From positions 21,762,001 through 21,826,000 of the forward strand of contig NC_043021.1 in NCBI RefSeq assembly GCF_006345805.1: 64,000 nucleotides of DNA, given 5' to 3'. Origin of the DNA: Octopus sinensis (lineage: Eukaryota). Numbering within the stretch: position 1 is the first letter of the stretch; every line of letters begins with the position of its first letter. The notes beneath the pieces are model-generated. The model saw only the letters and a program-made list of their open reading frames with translations, ran no database searches and was not told where the DNA came from. The translations under genes and the position numbers were made by a program. Shown one piece after another: positions 35,071-48,579 of the stretch.

Positions 35071-35104
35071 TGCTATGCACTGATGTGTTACATTCGGAAC
35101 CAGT

Positions 35105-35120
35105 ATCGTATATATGTATG

Positions 35121-35151
<31 letters not shown>

Positions 35152-36395
35152 GTATGTGTTTGTGTGTCTGTGTTTGTCCCTCCAACATCTCTTGACAACC
35201 GATGCTGGTGTGTTTACATCCCTGTAACTTAGCGGTTCGGCAAAAGAGACCGATAGAATAAGTACTAGCCTTACAACGAATAAGTCCTGGGTTCGATTTG
35301 CTTGACTAAAGGCGGTGCTCCAGCATGGCCGCAGTGAAATGACTAAAACAAGTAAAAGGGTATTAAGACAGTGAGCTGGCAGAAATGTTGGCATGCCAGG
35401 CAAAATGCTTTGCAGTATTTCGTCTGTCTTTACATTCTGAGTTCAAATTCCGTCGCTGTCGGCTTTGCCTTTCATCCTTTTGGGGTTGATAAATTAAGTA
35501 CCAGTTGCATATTTGAGGTTGATCTAATCGACTGCCCCCCCTTCCCTCCAAAATTTTGGGCCTTGTACCTAGAGTAGACAAGATTATTCTGAGTTCAAAT
35601 CTGCTGAGATTGACTTTGCCTTTCTTTTCAGGGTTTATTAAATTATGTACCATTTGAGTACTGGGGTCGATTTAATTGACTGAACCCCTTCCACAAAATT
35701 TCAGGCCTTGTGACTTTAGTAGAAGGGATTATTATTATCATTATTAAGGTGGCAAGCTGGCAGAATTATTAGCATGCCCAGAAAAATAACTTAGCACCAT
35801 TTCCTTCATCTTAACACTCTGAGTTCAAATTCTGCCGTGGTTGACTTTGCCTTTCATCATTTCAGGGTTGATAAAATAAGTACCAGTTGAATACTGGGGT
35901 CGATGTAATTGACTGACCCCCCACTTCCAAATTCCAGGCCTTGTGCCTCTGGTAGAAAGAATTATTATAATCATTAATTCTTCATTTTGCAGTAAAAATT
36001 TAATGGCTGTATGGTAAGTAGCTTGTTTACCAACCACAAGGTTCCGGGTTCAGTCCCACTGCGTGGCACCATGGGCAAGTGTCTTCTACTATAGCCTCGG
36101 GCCGACCAATGCCTTGTGAGTGGATTTGGTAGACGGAAACTGAAAGAAGCCTGTCGTATATATGTATATATGTGTGTGCATGTATGTATGTGTGTCTGTG
36201 TTTGTCCCCCTATCATTGCTTGACAACCGATGCTGGTGTGTTTATGTTCTTGTCACTTAGCGGTTCGGCAAAAGAGACCGATAGAATAAGTACTGGGCTT
36301 ACAAAAGAATAAGTCCCCAGGTCGAGTTGCTCGATTAAAGGCAGTGCTCCAGCATGGCTGCAGTCAAAATGACTGAAACAAGTAAAAAGAAAAAA
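35105..36395 (+). mobile_element. Cluster: truncated SINE-A, three (ATT)-tailed SINE-B pieces and a SINE-A copy
   Basis: Family motifs as described above. Confidence 0.8.
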
Positions 36396-36862
36396 AAATA
36401 CCATTTTTTGGATTTTTTTTCTATTTCAATGTAACAAAAGGCCTTAGACAGAACCTGTCTTCCTAAGAACATGGTCTGTTTCCAAAATGAAGATTTTTGT
36501 AGCACTTGCCTGTCTGTCTTCTGGTATGATAGGGTTTCAGAAACTGAGCCTAATGCCCCAGAGAAAAGAGAAAAAAAAAAATACGAATCCACCCTTTTTT
36601 TTCTCTTTACCTGCATGAGTTGAGAGTATTGCTGTCTGGGAGATATCTTATGGTAGAGGAATAGTATTTAACTGCTATTTCTAAATTTCGGTATGTGGTG
36701 AAGCAATTTTTGCTGAACCCTAATTATAATTATACTCATAATTATAGAATTTTTGTATAAGGTTACCGATAATGACTCTTTTAACATACCAAACTACTTG
36801 GTAAAATTATCAATTGATTAATTAATTTTACCCTTTATTATTATTGATATATATATATATAT

Positions 36863-37170
36863 ATCATGTGATCACGTGACTGACCAGGCTATCAGATGTT
36901 GCTACACATCGCTGGTCACAATGTGTTTCGCATTGTTTTAGCCTTCGAATGATGTCACCCCGCTGGCTGAAGCAAGCAGGCCAACAGAAGAAAGAATGAG
37001 AGAAAGTTGTGGTGAAAGAGTACAGCAGGGATCTCCACCACCCCCTGCCAGAGCTTCGTGGAGCTTTTAGGTGTTTTCGCTCAATAAACACACACAACAC
37101 CCTGTATAAAATCGAAACCGCAATCCTACGACCACGTGTCCGCTGCCCTAACCACTGGGCCATTGCGCCT
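36863..37170 (-). mobile_element. SINE-C copy, tail type 2
   Basis: Reverse complement of the 32727 copy; both ends in TA tracts. Confidence 0.88.
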
Positions 37171-37914
37171 ACATATATATATATATATATGTATATATCG
37201 TATATATCTGTGTGTGTGTGTGTCTTTGTGTCTGTGTTTGTCTTCCCATCACCGCTTGACAACTGGTATTGGTGTGTTTATGCCCCCATAACTTAGTGGT
37301 TCAGCAAAAGTGACTGATTGAATAAATGCTAGGCTTTGAAAAAAGTCCTTGGGTCAATTTGTTTGACTAAAACCTTTCAAGTTGGTGCTCCAGCATGGGC
37401 TGCAGCCAAAATGACTGAAAGAATTAGAAGAATAAAAGAATAAAAGAATAGCTAATTTGTTTTTATTCTTAAATGCCAATATAAGCGTTAATTGTTATAA
37501 AAAATTATGGCATAATAAGCTTAATTAGCTTTGGGTATTTTTTTGCCATACTAAAGAATTCAGAGTTCACGTTTTTTTGTTTCTTTCTTTTGGTCACTAG
37601 GGAAAAATTTGTTTATCATAATGATACTTCTGTATACATAGTCTCTTTAGGAAAAATTGGTTCAGTCTGAGATATTGGTGCTGTGCCAGAAATAGGTTTT
37701 ATTATTTCTATTTATTTGTATCAAGTGCAGTTATCATGGCTATGCGGTAAGAATCTTGCTTCCCGGCCATATGGTTTTTCTGAGGAGTTCATTCCCAGCA
37801 TTTGGCATCTCGGCCAAATGTCTCCTGCTAGGGCCTCGGCTGACCAAATCCTTGTGAGTGGATAATGGGTAGAAGCCTGTCATATATATATATATATATC
37901 ATATATATATATAT

Positions 37915-38151
37915 ATACTTTTTTACTCTTTTACTTGTTTCAGCCATTTGACTGCGGCCATGCTGGAGCACCGCCTTTAATTGAGCAACTCGACCCCGAG
38001 ACTTATTCTTTTTTGTAAGCCCAGTACTTATTCTATCGGTCTCTTTTGCCAAACCACGTTCGTAAAGGGGAAATAAACACACCAGCATCGGTTGTCAAGC
38101 AATGCTAGGGGGACAAACACAGACACACAAACATACATGCACACACACACA

Positions 38152-38196
<45 letters not shown>

Positions 38197-38942
38197 CATA
38201 TATACGACGGGCTTCTTTCAGTTTCTGTCTACCAAATCCACTCACAAAGCTTTGGTTGGCGCGAGGCTATAGTAGAAGACAGTTGCTCAAGGTGCCATGC
38301 AGTGAGACTGAACCTGGAACAATGTGGTTGGGAAGCAAGCTTCTTATTTCTTTATTGCCCTCAGTGAGTTAAACATAGAGGGGACAAACAAGGACAGACA
38401 AACGGATTAAGTCGATTACATCGACCCCAGTGCATAACTGGTACTTAATTTATCGACCCCGAAAGGATGAAATTCAAAGTCGACCTCAGTGGAATTTGAA
38501 TTCAGAACGTAGCAGCAGACGAAATACCTATTTCTTTACTACCCACAAGGGGCTAAACACAGAAGGGACAAACAAGGACAGACAAATGGATTAAGTCGAT
38601 TATATCGAACCAGTGCATAACTGGTACTTAATTTATCGACCCCGAAAGGATGAAATTGAAAGTCGACTTCAGTGGAATTTGAACTCAGAATGTAACAGTA
38701 GACGTAATACCTATTTCTTTACTACCCACAAGGGGCTAAACACAGAAGGGACAAACAAGGACAGACAAACGGATTAAGTCGATTATATCGACCCCAGTGC
38801 ATAACTGGTACTTAATTTATCGACCCCGAAAGGATGAAAGGCAAAGTCGACCTCGGCGGTATTTGAACTCAGAACATAGTGGCAAACGAAAGACCGCTAA
38901 GCATTTTGCCCGGTGTGCTAACATTTCTGCCAGCTCGCTGCC
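37915..38942 (-). mobile_element. SINE-B trimer fused to a 5'-clipped SINE-A
   Basis: Minus strand: B units end AGAAATAAGAA and run into GCTTGCTTCCCAACC of the SINE-A head at ~38345. Confidence 0.85.
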
Positions 38943-39688
38943 TAATGTTCATGGTTTAGCTTTTCTGACTGGAGTGAAATGTGTTTCTATTCATTCTGAA
39001 AAATAATTAAAATTCTGAAACTAATTTAGTAAAATAATTAAACTTTTCATAATTAATCTGACGACAGGAACCTAAACTAAACAGAAAGGTGTCTCACAAA
39101 GAAATTACTGAGCTAAAAACTAAACTAACTAAAAACAATTCAAGAAGGAAGTCTTGCATCACAGATCCCAGAAGCAGTATTAAGTTGATTTGTTACCAAG
39201 TGAGTCTTTGGCCCTTTGTGGGTGTGAATATTGTGTATGTTATATACATTCCCTGGATATTTATTAAACATACATAGTTAAGGTATAGCAAAATCTAATG
39301 AATAATTGCTTGATTGTTAATTCATTAATTCTCTGTATGCAGAAAAACACGAAAATAGCCACAGGCAAATAATTACACACTTTGCGTAAGCTCAGTAGTA
39401 TTAATGAACTAATTAACTATAAATCATGCCTTACTCAACCATAATAATTCCTCCTAATTAACTTCTAATACTGAATTCTTTTATTTGTTTACTGATTTCC
39501 GTCATGTGATAAGGAGGTACTATCTACAAGATTATATATAGTTCAGTGGTCCCCAACCTTTTCCCAACCTTGTCTCCCTTGTATTTCAATGGATTTTCCC
39601 ATCAGGCCTCATGCATTTGAATGGTCTCCCTACTCAATAAGTCAATTTGAGTAATTAAACAGTCAACTAATTTTCTTTGTTTTATATG

Positions 39689-39953
39689 CTGTGGTTCTCA
39701 ACCGAGAGTTCATATGGCCCTTGGGGTGGGTGGTCTATAATAAGATTTTGTTGTTACAATGTATCTGTAATAAATTGGGAACACTTCAACAATACACAAG
39801 ACATTTCAACAATTATTAAATTTATACAGTTCCTAACAATATCTAATTATAAGAAGATAATAGGATATTTTAAACATCGAATGGCTGTGAGGATCCATCC
39901 AGGTGAAGCAGGGATTAAAAGGGTCCACAGGTACAAATGGTCGAGAACAACAG
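39689..39953. mobile_element. Possible hAT/Charlie-type MITE
   Basis: TIRs CTGTGGTTCTCAACC / GGTCGAGAACAACAG; no matching 8-bp TSD. Confidence 0.5.
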
Positions 39954-40133
39954 ATTTAACTGAATACATAATTAAATGCATATAGACACAGGAACGGCAG
40001 TGTGGTTAAGGAGGTTGCTTTGCAACCATGGAGTTTTGGGTTCAATTCCTCTATACAACCATCTTCTACTATAGCACTGGGTTGATAAATGCCTTATGAG
40101 TGGATTTGGCAGATGGAGATGTAAAGAATCCCA

Positions 40134-40174
<41 letters not shown>

Positions 40175-40209
40175 CACACGCACACAACACACACACATGC
40201 ACACACACA

Positions 40210-40925
40210 CACATTCTTTTATTGGTTTCAGTCATTTGAAATCGGACTTATTCTTTATAAGCCTAGTACTTATTTTATTGGTCTCTTTTGCTGAACTGTC
40301 AGGTTATGGGGACGTAAACACACCAGCATCAGTTGTTAAGTGATAGTAGGGGGACAAACACAGACACACAAATGGATATATATATGTATGTATATATATA
40401 TATACACATATATATATAATGGGCTTCTTTCAGTTTCCATCTACCAAATCCACTCACAAGGCTTTGGTTGACCCAAAGTTATAGTAGAAGACACTTGCCC
40501 AAGGTTGCCATGCAGTGGGACTGAACCCGGAACCATGAGGATGGGAGCAAGCTTATCAGTTTGTCTCTTAATTGCCCACATAGAAGGAACAGAGAAGGGC
40601 AGACAAAGGAATTAAGTCGATTATATCGACCCCAGTGTTTCACTGGTACTTAATTTATCGAGCCCGAAAGGATGAAAGGCAAAGTCGACCTCGGCAGATT
40701 TGAACTCAGAACATAATGGCAGACAAAATACCGCTAAGCACTTCACCCGGTGTCCTAACGTTTCTGCCAGCTCACTGCCTTATTTGCTCATCAGTTGCTT
40801 GACCATAGCCAGTTGAACATGTCCCTTTGTGACTGACAATATGTGCATCTTTGATCATGAGCAGGAGTAGTGGGGGAACAGCACAGCCATGTGTCGGGAA
40901 GAATTCTTTGGGGTTTGAATAAATA
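40210..40925. mobile_element. Cluster: SINE-A (-), SINE-B (-) and an internal element-E fragment (+)
   Basis: Family motifs; E fragment at 40782-40925. Confidence 0.75.
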
Positions 40926-41061
40926 TTGTAACAAAAGCAAAATTTGAAGGAAATATTTGCCATTTTTCATACTTTATAAGGGTAAGCAAATAAGAAATAA
41001 CAGTGGCTATCCAAGGACAAAAATCGTGCAATATCTAAGAAATGAGGCATTGTAAATGGTA

Positions 41062-41295
41062 TGTGGCGAACTGGCAGAAACGTTAGCACGCCGGGCGAAA
41101 TGCTTAGTGGTATTTCGTCTGCCGTTACATTGTGAGTTCAAATTCCGCCAAGGTCGACTTTGCCTTTCATCCTTTCGGGGTCGATAAATTAAGTACCAGT
41201 TACGTACTGGGGTCGATGTAATCGACTTAATACCTATGTCTATTCTTGTTTGTCCACACTATGTTTAGCCCCTTGTGGGTAATAAAGAAATAGGT
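41062..41295 (+). mobile_element. SINE-B monomer
   Basis: Full length. Confidence 0.88.
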
Positions 41296-41669
41296 ATGTG
41301 TGGAGATGCAGTGATATGTTAGTTAGGTGAGCTTAGAAGAAGATAATTTGGAGCTAAGATAGGAGGGGAAGGTGTAGCATTGAATTTGATCCCACATTTT
41401 GCCACATACGAATCTCAAACCACAATTCAATTATAGTTGGATCATGTGCACAACTGAGATCTTATGCAACGAAGGGCTGTTATTCATGTGATAGTTCAGT
41501 GGCCCGACTAGAACTTTCCGTGAACACACCCTGTAAATACAGTCGATAAAGCTAGCAATTTTGCTGAGTGTTGCAGTTGTCAGAACTGCTGTGATGTTCT
41601 CCGCTCTTGCCAATTTCAGAGTGTCTTGAGTTGAGTTTGAATTACATTCTCCATATAGGAGAATGAGTG

Positions 41670-42080
41670 GCACAGGAGTGGCTGTGTGGTAAGTAGCTTG
41701 CTAACCAACCACACAGTTCCGGGTTCAGTCCCACTGCATGGCATCTTGGGCAAGTGTCTTCTGCTATAGCCCCGGGCCGACCAATGCCTTGTGAGTGGAT
41801 TTGGTAGACGGAAACTGAAAGAAGCCTGTTGTATATATGTATATATATATGTGTGTGTGTATGTGTTTGTGTGTCTGTGTTTCTCTCCCTAGCATTGCTT
41901 GACGACCGATGCTGGTGTGTTTACATCCCCGTCACTTAGCGGTTCGGCAAAAGAGACCGATAGAATAAGTACTGGGCTTACAAAGAATAAGTCCCGGGGT
42001 CGATTTGCTCGACTAAAAAGGAGGTGCTCCAGCATGGCCGCAGTCAAATGAGTGAAACAAGTAAAAGAATAAAAAGAGTA
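41670..42080 (+). mobile_element. SINE-A copy
   Basis: Full length. Confidence 0.9.
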
Positions 42081-42809
42081 TAGTTGTTCTTGCAGCTGCA
42101 TATTCAATCAAGGACAATCAAAGATGAAGACTTGTCAGGACACCTGAATATTTACCTGATAAGCAAAACCCAGTCCAAGTATTGGGTTTCAAACAGACAT
42201 TTTCCCTGTGTGTCACATTCTGCTGTTTTATCTCACCGTTTCCATTAACTGTATTCTATGAACACTTTTCCTTTTAGTGTAACAAATAACAAATCATATC
42301 CCAAGACTCAAAATCCCTTGTTACAAAGGTATGCATCCACCCTGGGTAGAAAAGGTATGATGATAGTAGAGTAAATCATTTCTAATCAGTTGGTTGGCCT
42401 ACACGTTTGAATGTAGTTTAAGATGTATGCTAGATTGGCTCTGTGCTTAACAAGCTCACCATGCGACCAAGTGCTTTTGGGGTTTGGTCCCACTGCATGG
42501 CACCTTGGGTAAATATCTTCTGCTATAGTCCTCGGCCAACCAATGTCTTATGAGTGAATTTAGCAGATGGAAACTGAGTGGAAATCCATTATATATATGT
42601 ATGAAGGTGCAGAAGTGGCTTTGTGGTAAGTAGCTTGCTAACCAACCACATGGTTCGGGGTTCAGTCCCACTGCATGGCATCTTGGGCACTAATGATTCT
42701 GCCAGCTCCCCACCTAATAATAATAATGATGATAATAATAATAATAATAATAATGATAATAATAATAATAATAATAATAATGATAATAATAATAATAATA
42801 ATAATAATA

Positions 42810-43372
42810 ACCTACATACACTGGAAGCTATGCCAACATTATGGAATAACAACAGAAAATAGATGGTATAGGCACACACCAGAAAAGGTTACAGAAAACG
42901 AGAAAGCAACCATACTCTGGGATATGCCGATACACACAGATAGAGAAATTAAGGCCACAGAACAGATATAGTTGTCAGAGATCATGAAGAAAAAAATGCT
43001 TTCTAATTGATGTATCATACCGGCAGATGAAATGTGTCTCTAAAAGAAATGGAGAAACTTTCAAAATACAAAGACCTGGAAATAGAGTTAACCAGATGTG
43101 GAATCTAAAAACAGAAACAATTCCTATCATAGTAGGTGGCATTAGGCATGATAAAAAAATATTCAGACAAATACATAACAAAAACACCAGGACTTGCAAA
43201 CACATATAACATACAGAAAATTGCACTACTAGGCACTGCACACATCCTAACGCAGAACACTTTCCATACAATAACCATCAGAGCATCACAACAAATCAAG
43301 CACATACCCAAGGCACACAGAGCTGCGCACGGTAGTGAAGTGAAAGCACGCTGTAAAAATAAAACTACTGAA
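42810..43372 (+). mobile_element. 5'-truncated R4/Dong-type LINE in (TAA)n, frameshifted
   Basis: YIHWKLCQHYG...WYRHTPEKVTENEKATILWD...DIVVRD...FLIDVS...KLSKYKDLEI...IPIIVG. Confidence 0.88.
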
Positions 43373-43441
43373 TAATAATAATAGTAATAAACTAATAATA
43401 ATAATATAATAGTAATAATAATATAATAATAATAATATAAT

Positions 43442-43995
43442 AAATGCCCTGATGCAGTACCAGGCAGCGGCTCTCATGGCTTCTGATCTTAATGATTGGA
43501 AGTGTTATCAATGTACATTGTTTTGTCTTGGTATAAAAGATGGGCACAGCAAATATTCTGCTCAATACCACAGATTTGCTTGTCAGTTGTTTGACCTTAA
43601 CCAGTTGACCATGTCCCACAGTGGCTGACGATATGTGCATCTCTGATCACGAGCAGAAGTAGTTGGGGGAGCATCATAGCCATGTGTTGAGAGGGATTCT
43701 TTTGGGTTTGAATATTCACCTCTGGAAACATGGGTGGTTCTTTCAACATCCTTAAACAACCCTTATTCAGGGACCGTTTGAGCGGATGGGCTACTCAACC
43801 TGAAAAATTCAACTGGGCTGGGCCCCACCCGCAAGATCATGTGCTGTTTATCTTGATATGAGATCACCATGTCGCACACATATGGTTGTGATGCATGTGC
43901 CTGTATACCCTTATCACGGGTAGTCATGATGGTATATTGGGCTTCGTATATTTACCCCAGTGTCACTTTGATGGCATGCACTGCTCTCTCACTCA
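43442..43995 (+). mobile_element. Element-E, full-length, in (TAA)n
   Basis: Starts AAATGCCCTGATGCAGTACC and ends CTGCTCTCTCACTCA(ATA)n. Confidence 0.85.
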
Positions 43996-44029
43996 ATAAT
44001 AATAATAATCCTTTCTGCTACAGTCACAA

Positions 44030-44702
44030 GGCGTAAAATTTTGGAGGTCTAAAATCTAATTGATTGCATTGACCCTGTTGTTCAACTACTATTTATTCTT
44101 ATTGACCCCCACTAAAGGAGGAAAAGTAAAGTCAACCTTGGTGGAATTTGAACTCAGAATGTTAAGACAAATGAAATGCTCCTTAGCATTTTGCCTGGCG
44201 TGCTAACAATTCTGCTTTAATAATAATAATAATAATAATTTCAAATATTGACACAAGGCCAACAATTTTGAGGAGAAGGGCAAGTCGGTGTTCAAGTGGT
44301 ATTTATTTTATCGACTCTGAAAGGAAGAAAGGCAAAGTCTACCTTGACAGCATTTGAACTCAGAACGTGACACATTTTGCCTGGTGTGCTAATGATTCTA
44401 CCAGCTCACCACCTTAATAATAATGACTTTTATTATTAATATCTTTATTGTTATTATATTTCATTGCACAATATAAATATGAAATATTCTTATGTACTCT
44501 AGACACGAGGCCCGAAATTTTTGGGGAGGGCGCCAGTCGATTAGATCGACCTCAGTACACAACTGGTACTTAGTTTATTGAACCCAAAATGATGAAAGGC
44601 ATAGTTGACCTCAGCAGAATTTGAACTCTGAACATAAAGACAGATGAAATACTGCTAAGCATTTTGCCTGGCGTGCTAACGTTTCTGCCAGCTTGCTGCC
44701 TT
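44030..44702 (-). mobile_element. Three diverged SINE-B copies separated by (TAA)n
   Basis: GGAATTTGAACTCAG / GAAAGG motifs repeated. Confidence 0.75.
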
Positions 44703-45002
44703 AAACCCTTTCGTTACTGTATTTATTTTGAGATGATCTGTGTTTCTCCCAATTATTTTAAATATAACAAAGAATTTAGTAAAATAAGTTAGTTATCATG
44801 CAGCTCGTGTTAGGAACATAAATTGTGACTAAGCTTTGGTGGAAGATTTAAATTCAAAACAAGACATTTGTACTCAGAGTCAGAGTTGGTTTCAGCCAGG
44901 TTGTTAACGAAAGGGTTAAATATCAAATATTGGGTTTAGTTGCTTTTATTTGTTCCTCATGCTGTCAAACCTTAACTAAGACCTCACCTGGAATTTGCAT
45001 CA

Positions 45003-45575
45003 CCGGTCTGGAACCCCTACCTTGCCCAGGATATCAATTGTCTGGAAGCCGTTCAGCAACATGCAACCAAAAGAATACCCTCCATCAGGCATTTGCCATA
45101 TCCTGAATGCCTTACTTCCCTGGGCATGGACACATTGAAACTCCGACGTCTGGCAGCTGACTTGGCAAACACCCATAAAATTATCAACCATCGTACAAAC
45201 AATAACTCTGAGCACCTTTTCAAACTCCACCCATCTAACACCCGTGGACATATTTACAAAGTCAGAAAACAGCACAGCTCCATTGACTTTAGGAAACATT
45301 TTTTTCATGCTGAGAGTTGCTGAAGCATGGAACAAACTGCCGGCATCAGTTGTTAGTTGTTGGAGCACTGCATCCTTCAAAACTTCCATGCTTTCTGAGA
45401 TTCGCCAACACTACACCTGGTTTTCTCCCCTCCATACACACTCACAGGCATGTATCTGACTCATACATTGTTCGCTTTCCAGACATTTGTACATTACTGC
45501 ATGTACTCTATACGCACTTTCTGACAAGTTGTGGTGCACCTGAGCACTGTATACAATAATTTCATTATTATTATA
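45003..45575 (+). mobile_element. 5'-truncated CR1-type LINE 3' end
   Basis: VWNPYLAQDINCLEAVQQHATKRIP...LGMDTLKLRRL...RVAEAWNKLPASVV; (ATT)n tail. Confidence 0.85.
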
Positions 45576-45689
45576 AATGCTTGAAGCAGAAAGTATTTTT
45601 CTAAAAATAACAGCTGTTTCCAAGGAGGGCCAATTTTCAAAGCACTACCATGTCAGTGTTGATATTTAACCATTCCAGATGGAATAAAA

Positions 45690-45835
45690 AAATTTTTTCT
45701 AAGAGATTAAGCCTAATGTTCCCATGATAACTGATACGACTTTTAACTTCATTGCTGCTGGACATCTCTTCCCTCTTGATATTTCTGCTTTTAAATTAGC
45801 ACATTTCGAGGATCTTTTCTACTTTGATGTCTGTA
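45690..45835 (-). mobile_element. Possible old R4/Dong RLE remnant
   Basis: ANLKAEISRG...LKVVSVIMGTLGLIS resembles the DLK.EI.R...VPV..GALG motif. Confidence 0.35.
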
Positions 45836-46358
45836 AATTATTTTGTTTGAAGGAGTTGCAGCGTCAGTAATCAGGTATTCCTCTCACTTTTTCTTTTGTT
45901 TGTGCCATAAATAATTCCGTCTAATTTTCACAAAAGGGTAGCAGTTTTAAGAGGGGTCACGAAGTCAATTGCACTGACCCCTTTACTTGGCTGCTGCTTT
46001 ATTTTATCAATCCTGGTGGGATGAAAGACCCAGTGAATCTTGGTGGGATTTGAATAACAACAACAACAACAACAACAATGACAATAATAATCTTTTCTTT
46101 ATTAATGATTGGGGGTTCATATAAAAAAAATTGGAGATGAAACAGAACAATACAATACAAATAAAGTGGGATCGAAACCAGAGGTGTATATTCTGGGTAT
46201 GCTAGGTGTGCACTGCACACCCATTGGAAATGGCAAATTCATTATAGATATTAACCTTACTCATTAATTTAATTACAAATTGAAATAGAAAACTTTTGTT
46301 GTACCCCTGCTTGAAGTTTGGTGACATTGGGTGTGGAAGCACACCCAATACAACTACC

Positions 46359-46588
46359 TATTTCGTTAATACCCACAAGGGGCTAAAGACAGAGGGGACA
46401 AACAAGGACAGACATAGGTATTAAGTCGATTACATCGACCCCAGTGCGTAACTGGTACTTAAGTTATCGACCCCGAAAGGATGGAAGGCAAAGTCGACCT
46501 CGGCGGAATTTGAACTCACAACGTAATGGCAGACGAAATACCGCTAAGCATTTCGCCCGGTGTGCTAACGATTCTGCCAGTTCGCTGC
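46359..46588 (-). mobile_element. SINE-B monomer with TSD
   Basis: CCAATACAACTACC at 46345-46358 and 46588-46601. Confidence 0.9.
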
Positions 46589-46825
46589 CAATACAACTAC
46601 CATCATACATCACTGATTGAAACATGCAAGGCAAAGTTGACCTCGGCAGAATTTGAACTCAGAACAGAGTGATAGGCGAAATATCACCATGCATTTTGCA
46701 CAGTGTGCTAATGGTTCAGCCAGCTCACCACCTAAAATAACAATAATAATAATGATGATAATAATAATAATAATAATATTAATACTAATAATAATAACAA
46801 TAATAATAATGATGATGATAATAAT

Positions 46826-47070
46826 AGGGTGGCAGTAGTACCAATAATTGTCGGAGCCCTGGGAACAGTGAGCAAAAATTTCGAGAAGTACGTGGAAGAA
46901 ATAGGGGCTGCAATAAGGGTGGAGCACTTGCAGAAAACAGCACTGCTTGGAACCGCTCGAATACTCTGGAAGGTGCTCGAAAAATAAGAGGTGTTACCTT
47001 AGTTCACTGGTTGTGAACAGCTGACATCGTAGTAGTACATCTTCAGCATTAGAAGCTGTGCAAAGGCAAC
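46826..47070 (+). mobile_element. Short R4/Dong-type LINE 3' end in (TAA)n
   Basis: VVPIIVGALGTVSKNFEKYVEEIG...LQKTALLGTARILWKVLEK*. Confidence 0.8.
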
Positions 47071-47424
47071 AATAATAATGATGATAATTTCAAATTTTTT
47101 TGCAAAAGGCCTGCAATATCGGGGGAGGGGTAAGCTGGTGACATCAACCCCTGTGTTTAACTGGTACTTATTTTATTGATCCCGAAAGAATGAAGGCAAA
47201 GTTGTCCTTAAGGATAATAATAATAATAATAAAATAATAATAATAATAATAATAATAATAGAAATCCTTTCAACTATGGACACAAGAGCTTAAATTTGGG
47301 GGTGGGGTAGAGTCGATCACATCAACCCCAGTGCATAACTGGTACTTAATGTATCGACCTCAAAAGGATTAAAGGATGAAAATTGACCTCAGTGACTTTG
47401 CCTCTCATCATCTTTTCAGTGCTG

Positions 47425-47463
<39 letters not shown>

Positions 47464-47884
47464 GTAAGGATGTTCTTTAATAATTGTTCTGATAATAGCT
47501 ATGATGATGATGATGATGATGATGATGATAGTGTGGTGGTTGTGTTGACGGTGATTATGAAGTGAAAATGAAAGTGGATAACGAGAGAATAGAATCAGAA
47601 CAAGAAAGCTAGACTCACAAACACACACACACGCACACTCTCATCCCCTCCCACTCCCCTTCCCTCCCCCCTCTCTCTCTCTCACACACACACACAGACA
47701 CAGACACAGACACACAGACACAAATACAAAATTGCTACTTTCCAAAAATAGCCAAGAGAAACTGAATTAATTTGGATGTTGTTATCTTAAATTACAAGAA
47801 CTCCGCGATATTAATTGCAACAGAGCTCAAAATTGAGAGGAAAAATATTCATTGCGGGGGATGTGTATGCGATTGTTTGCATGA

Positions 47885-47918
<34 letters not shown>

Positions 47919-48086
47919 TGTGTATGTGTATGTGTGTGTGTGTGTGTGTGTAATCAGTGGTTATATGCATATGCGTGTGTGGATGTGTATGTGTAATCAG
48001 TGGTAATGTATGTGTGTGTATGTGTAATTAGGAGTAATATATGTGCTTGCATGGATATATGTGTGTGTGTGTGTGTGTGTGTGTAT

Positions 48087-48187
48087 GTATGAGATGGTAC
48101 AAGTGTAAGCAGATGTATGTATGTATGTATGTATGTGTGTGTGTGTGTGTTTGTATGAGATGGTACAAGTGAGAGCAGATGTATGTA

Positions 48188-48231
<44 letters not shown>

Positions 48232-48540
48232 AGATGGTACAAGTGAGAGCAGATGTATGTATGTATGTGTGTGTGTGTGTATGAGATGGTACAAGTGTGA
48301 GCAGATGTATGTGTGTGTGTGTGTGTGTTTGTATGAGATGGTACAAGTGTAAGCAGATGTATGTATGTGTGTGTGTGTGTGTGGTATGAGATGGTACGAG
48401 TGTAAGCAGATGTATGTATGTGTGTGTGTGTGTGTGTGTGTTTGTATGAGATGGTACAAGTGTAAGCAGATGTATGTATGTGTGTGTGTGTGTGTGTGTG
48501 TGTTTGTATGAGATGGCACATGTGTAAGCAGATGTATGTA
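48087..48540. repeat. Composite minisatellite: 8 copies of a 29-bp core with (GT)n spacers
   Basis: Core GTATGAGATGGTACAAGTGTAAGCAGATG at ~48087, 48153, 48227, 48279, 48331, 48384, 48444 and 48506. Confidence 0.9.
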
Positions 48541-48544
48541 TGTA

Positions 48545-48579
<35 letters not shown>

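Noticed and set aside
43580-43700. Ribozyme-like hints inside element-E (GTCAGTT/GGCTGAC helix, GTCCC loop, CTGACGA)
   Set aside because: I could not complete an HDV fold (no P2 partner, wrong L3). The hammerhead-like CTGACGA is followed by GAAG rather than GAAA, with no stem II.
45700-45870. 55-codon + strand open frame (IKPNVPMITDTTFNFIAAGHLF...)
   Set aside because: The opposite strand resembles a decayed R4/Dong endonuclease motif, which is a simpler explanation.
48087-48540. CRISPR-like repeat-spacer appearance
   Set aside because: Spacers are simple repeats, the context is eukaryotic, and there are no cas genes.
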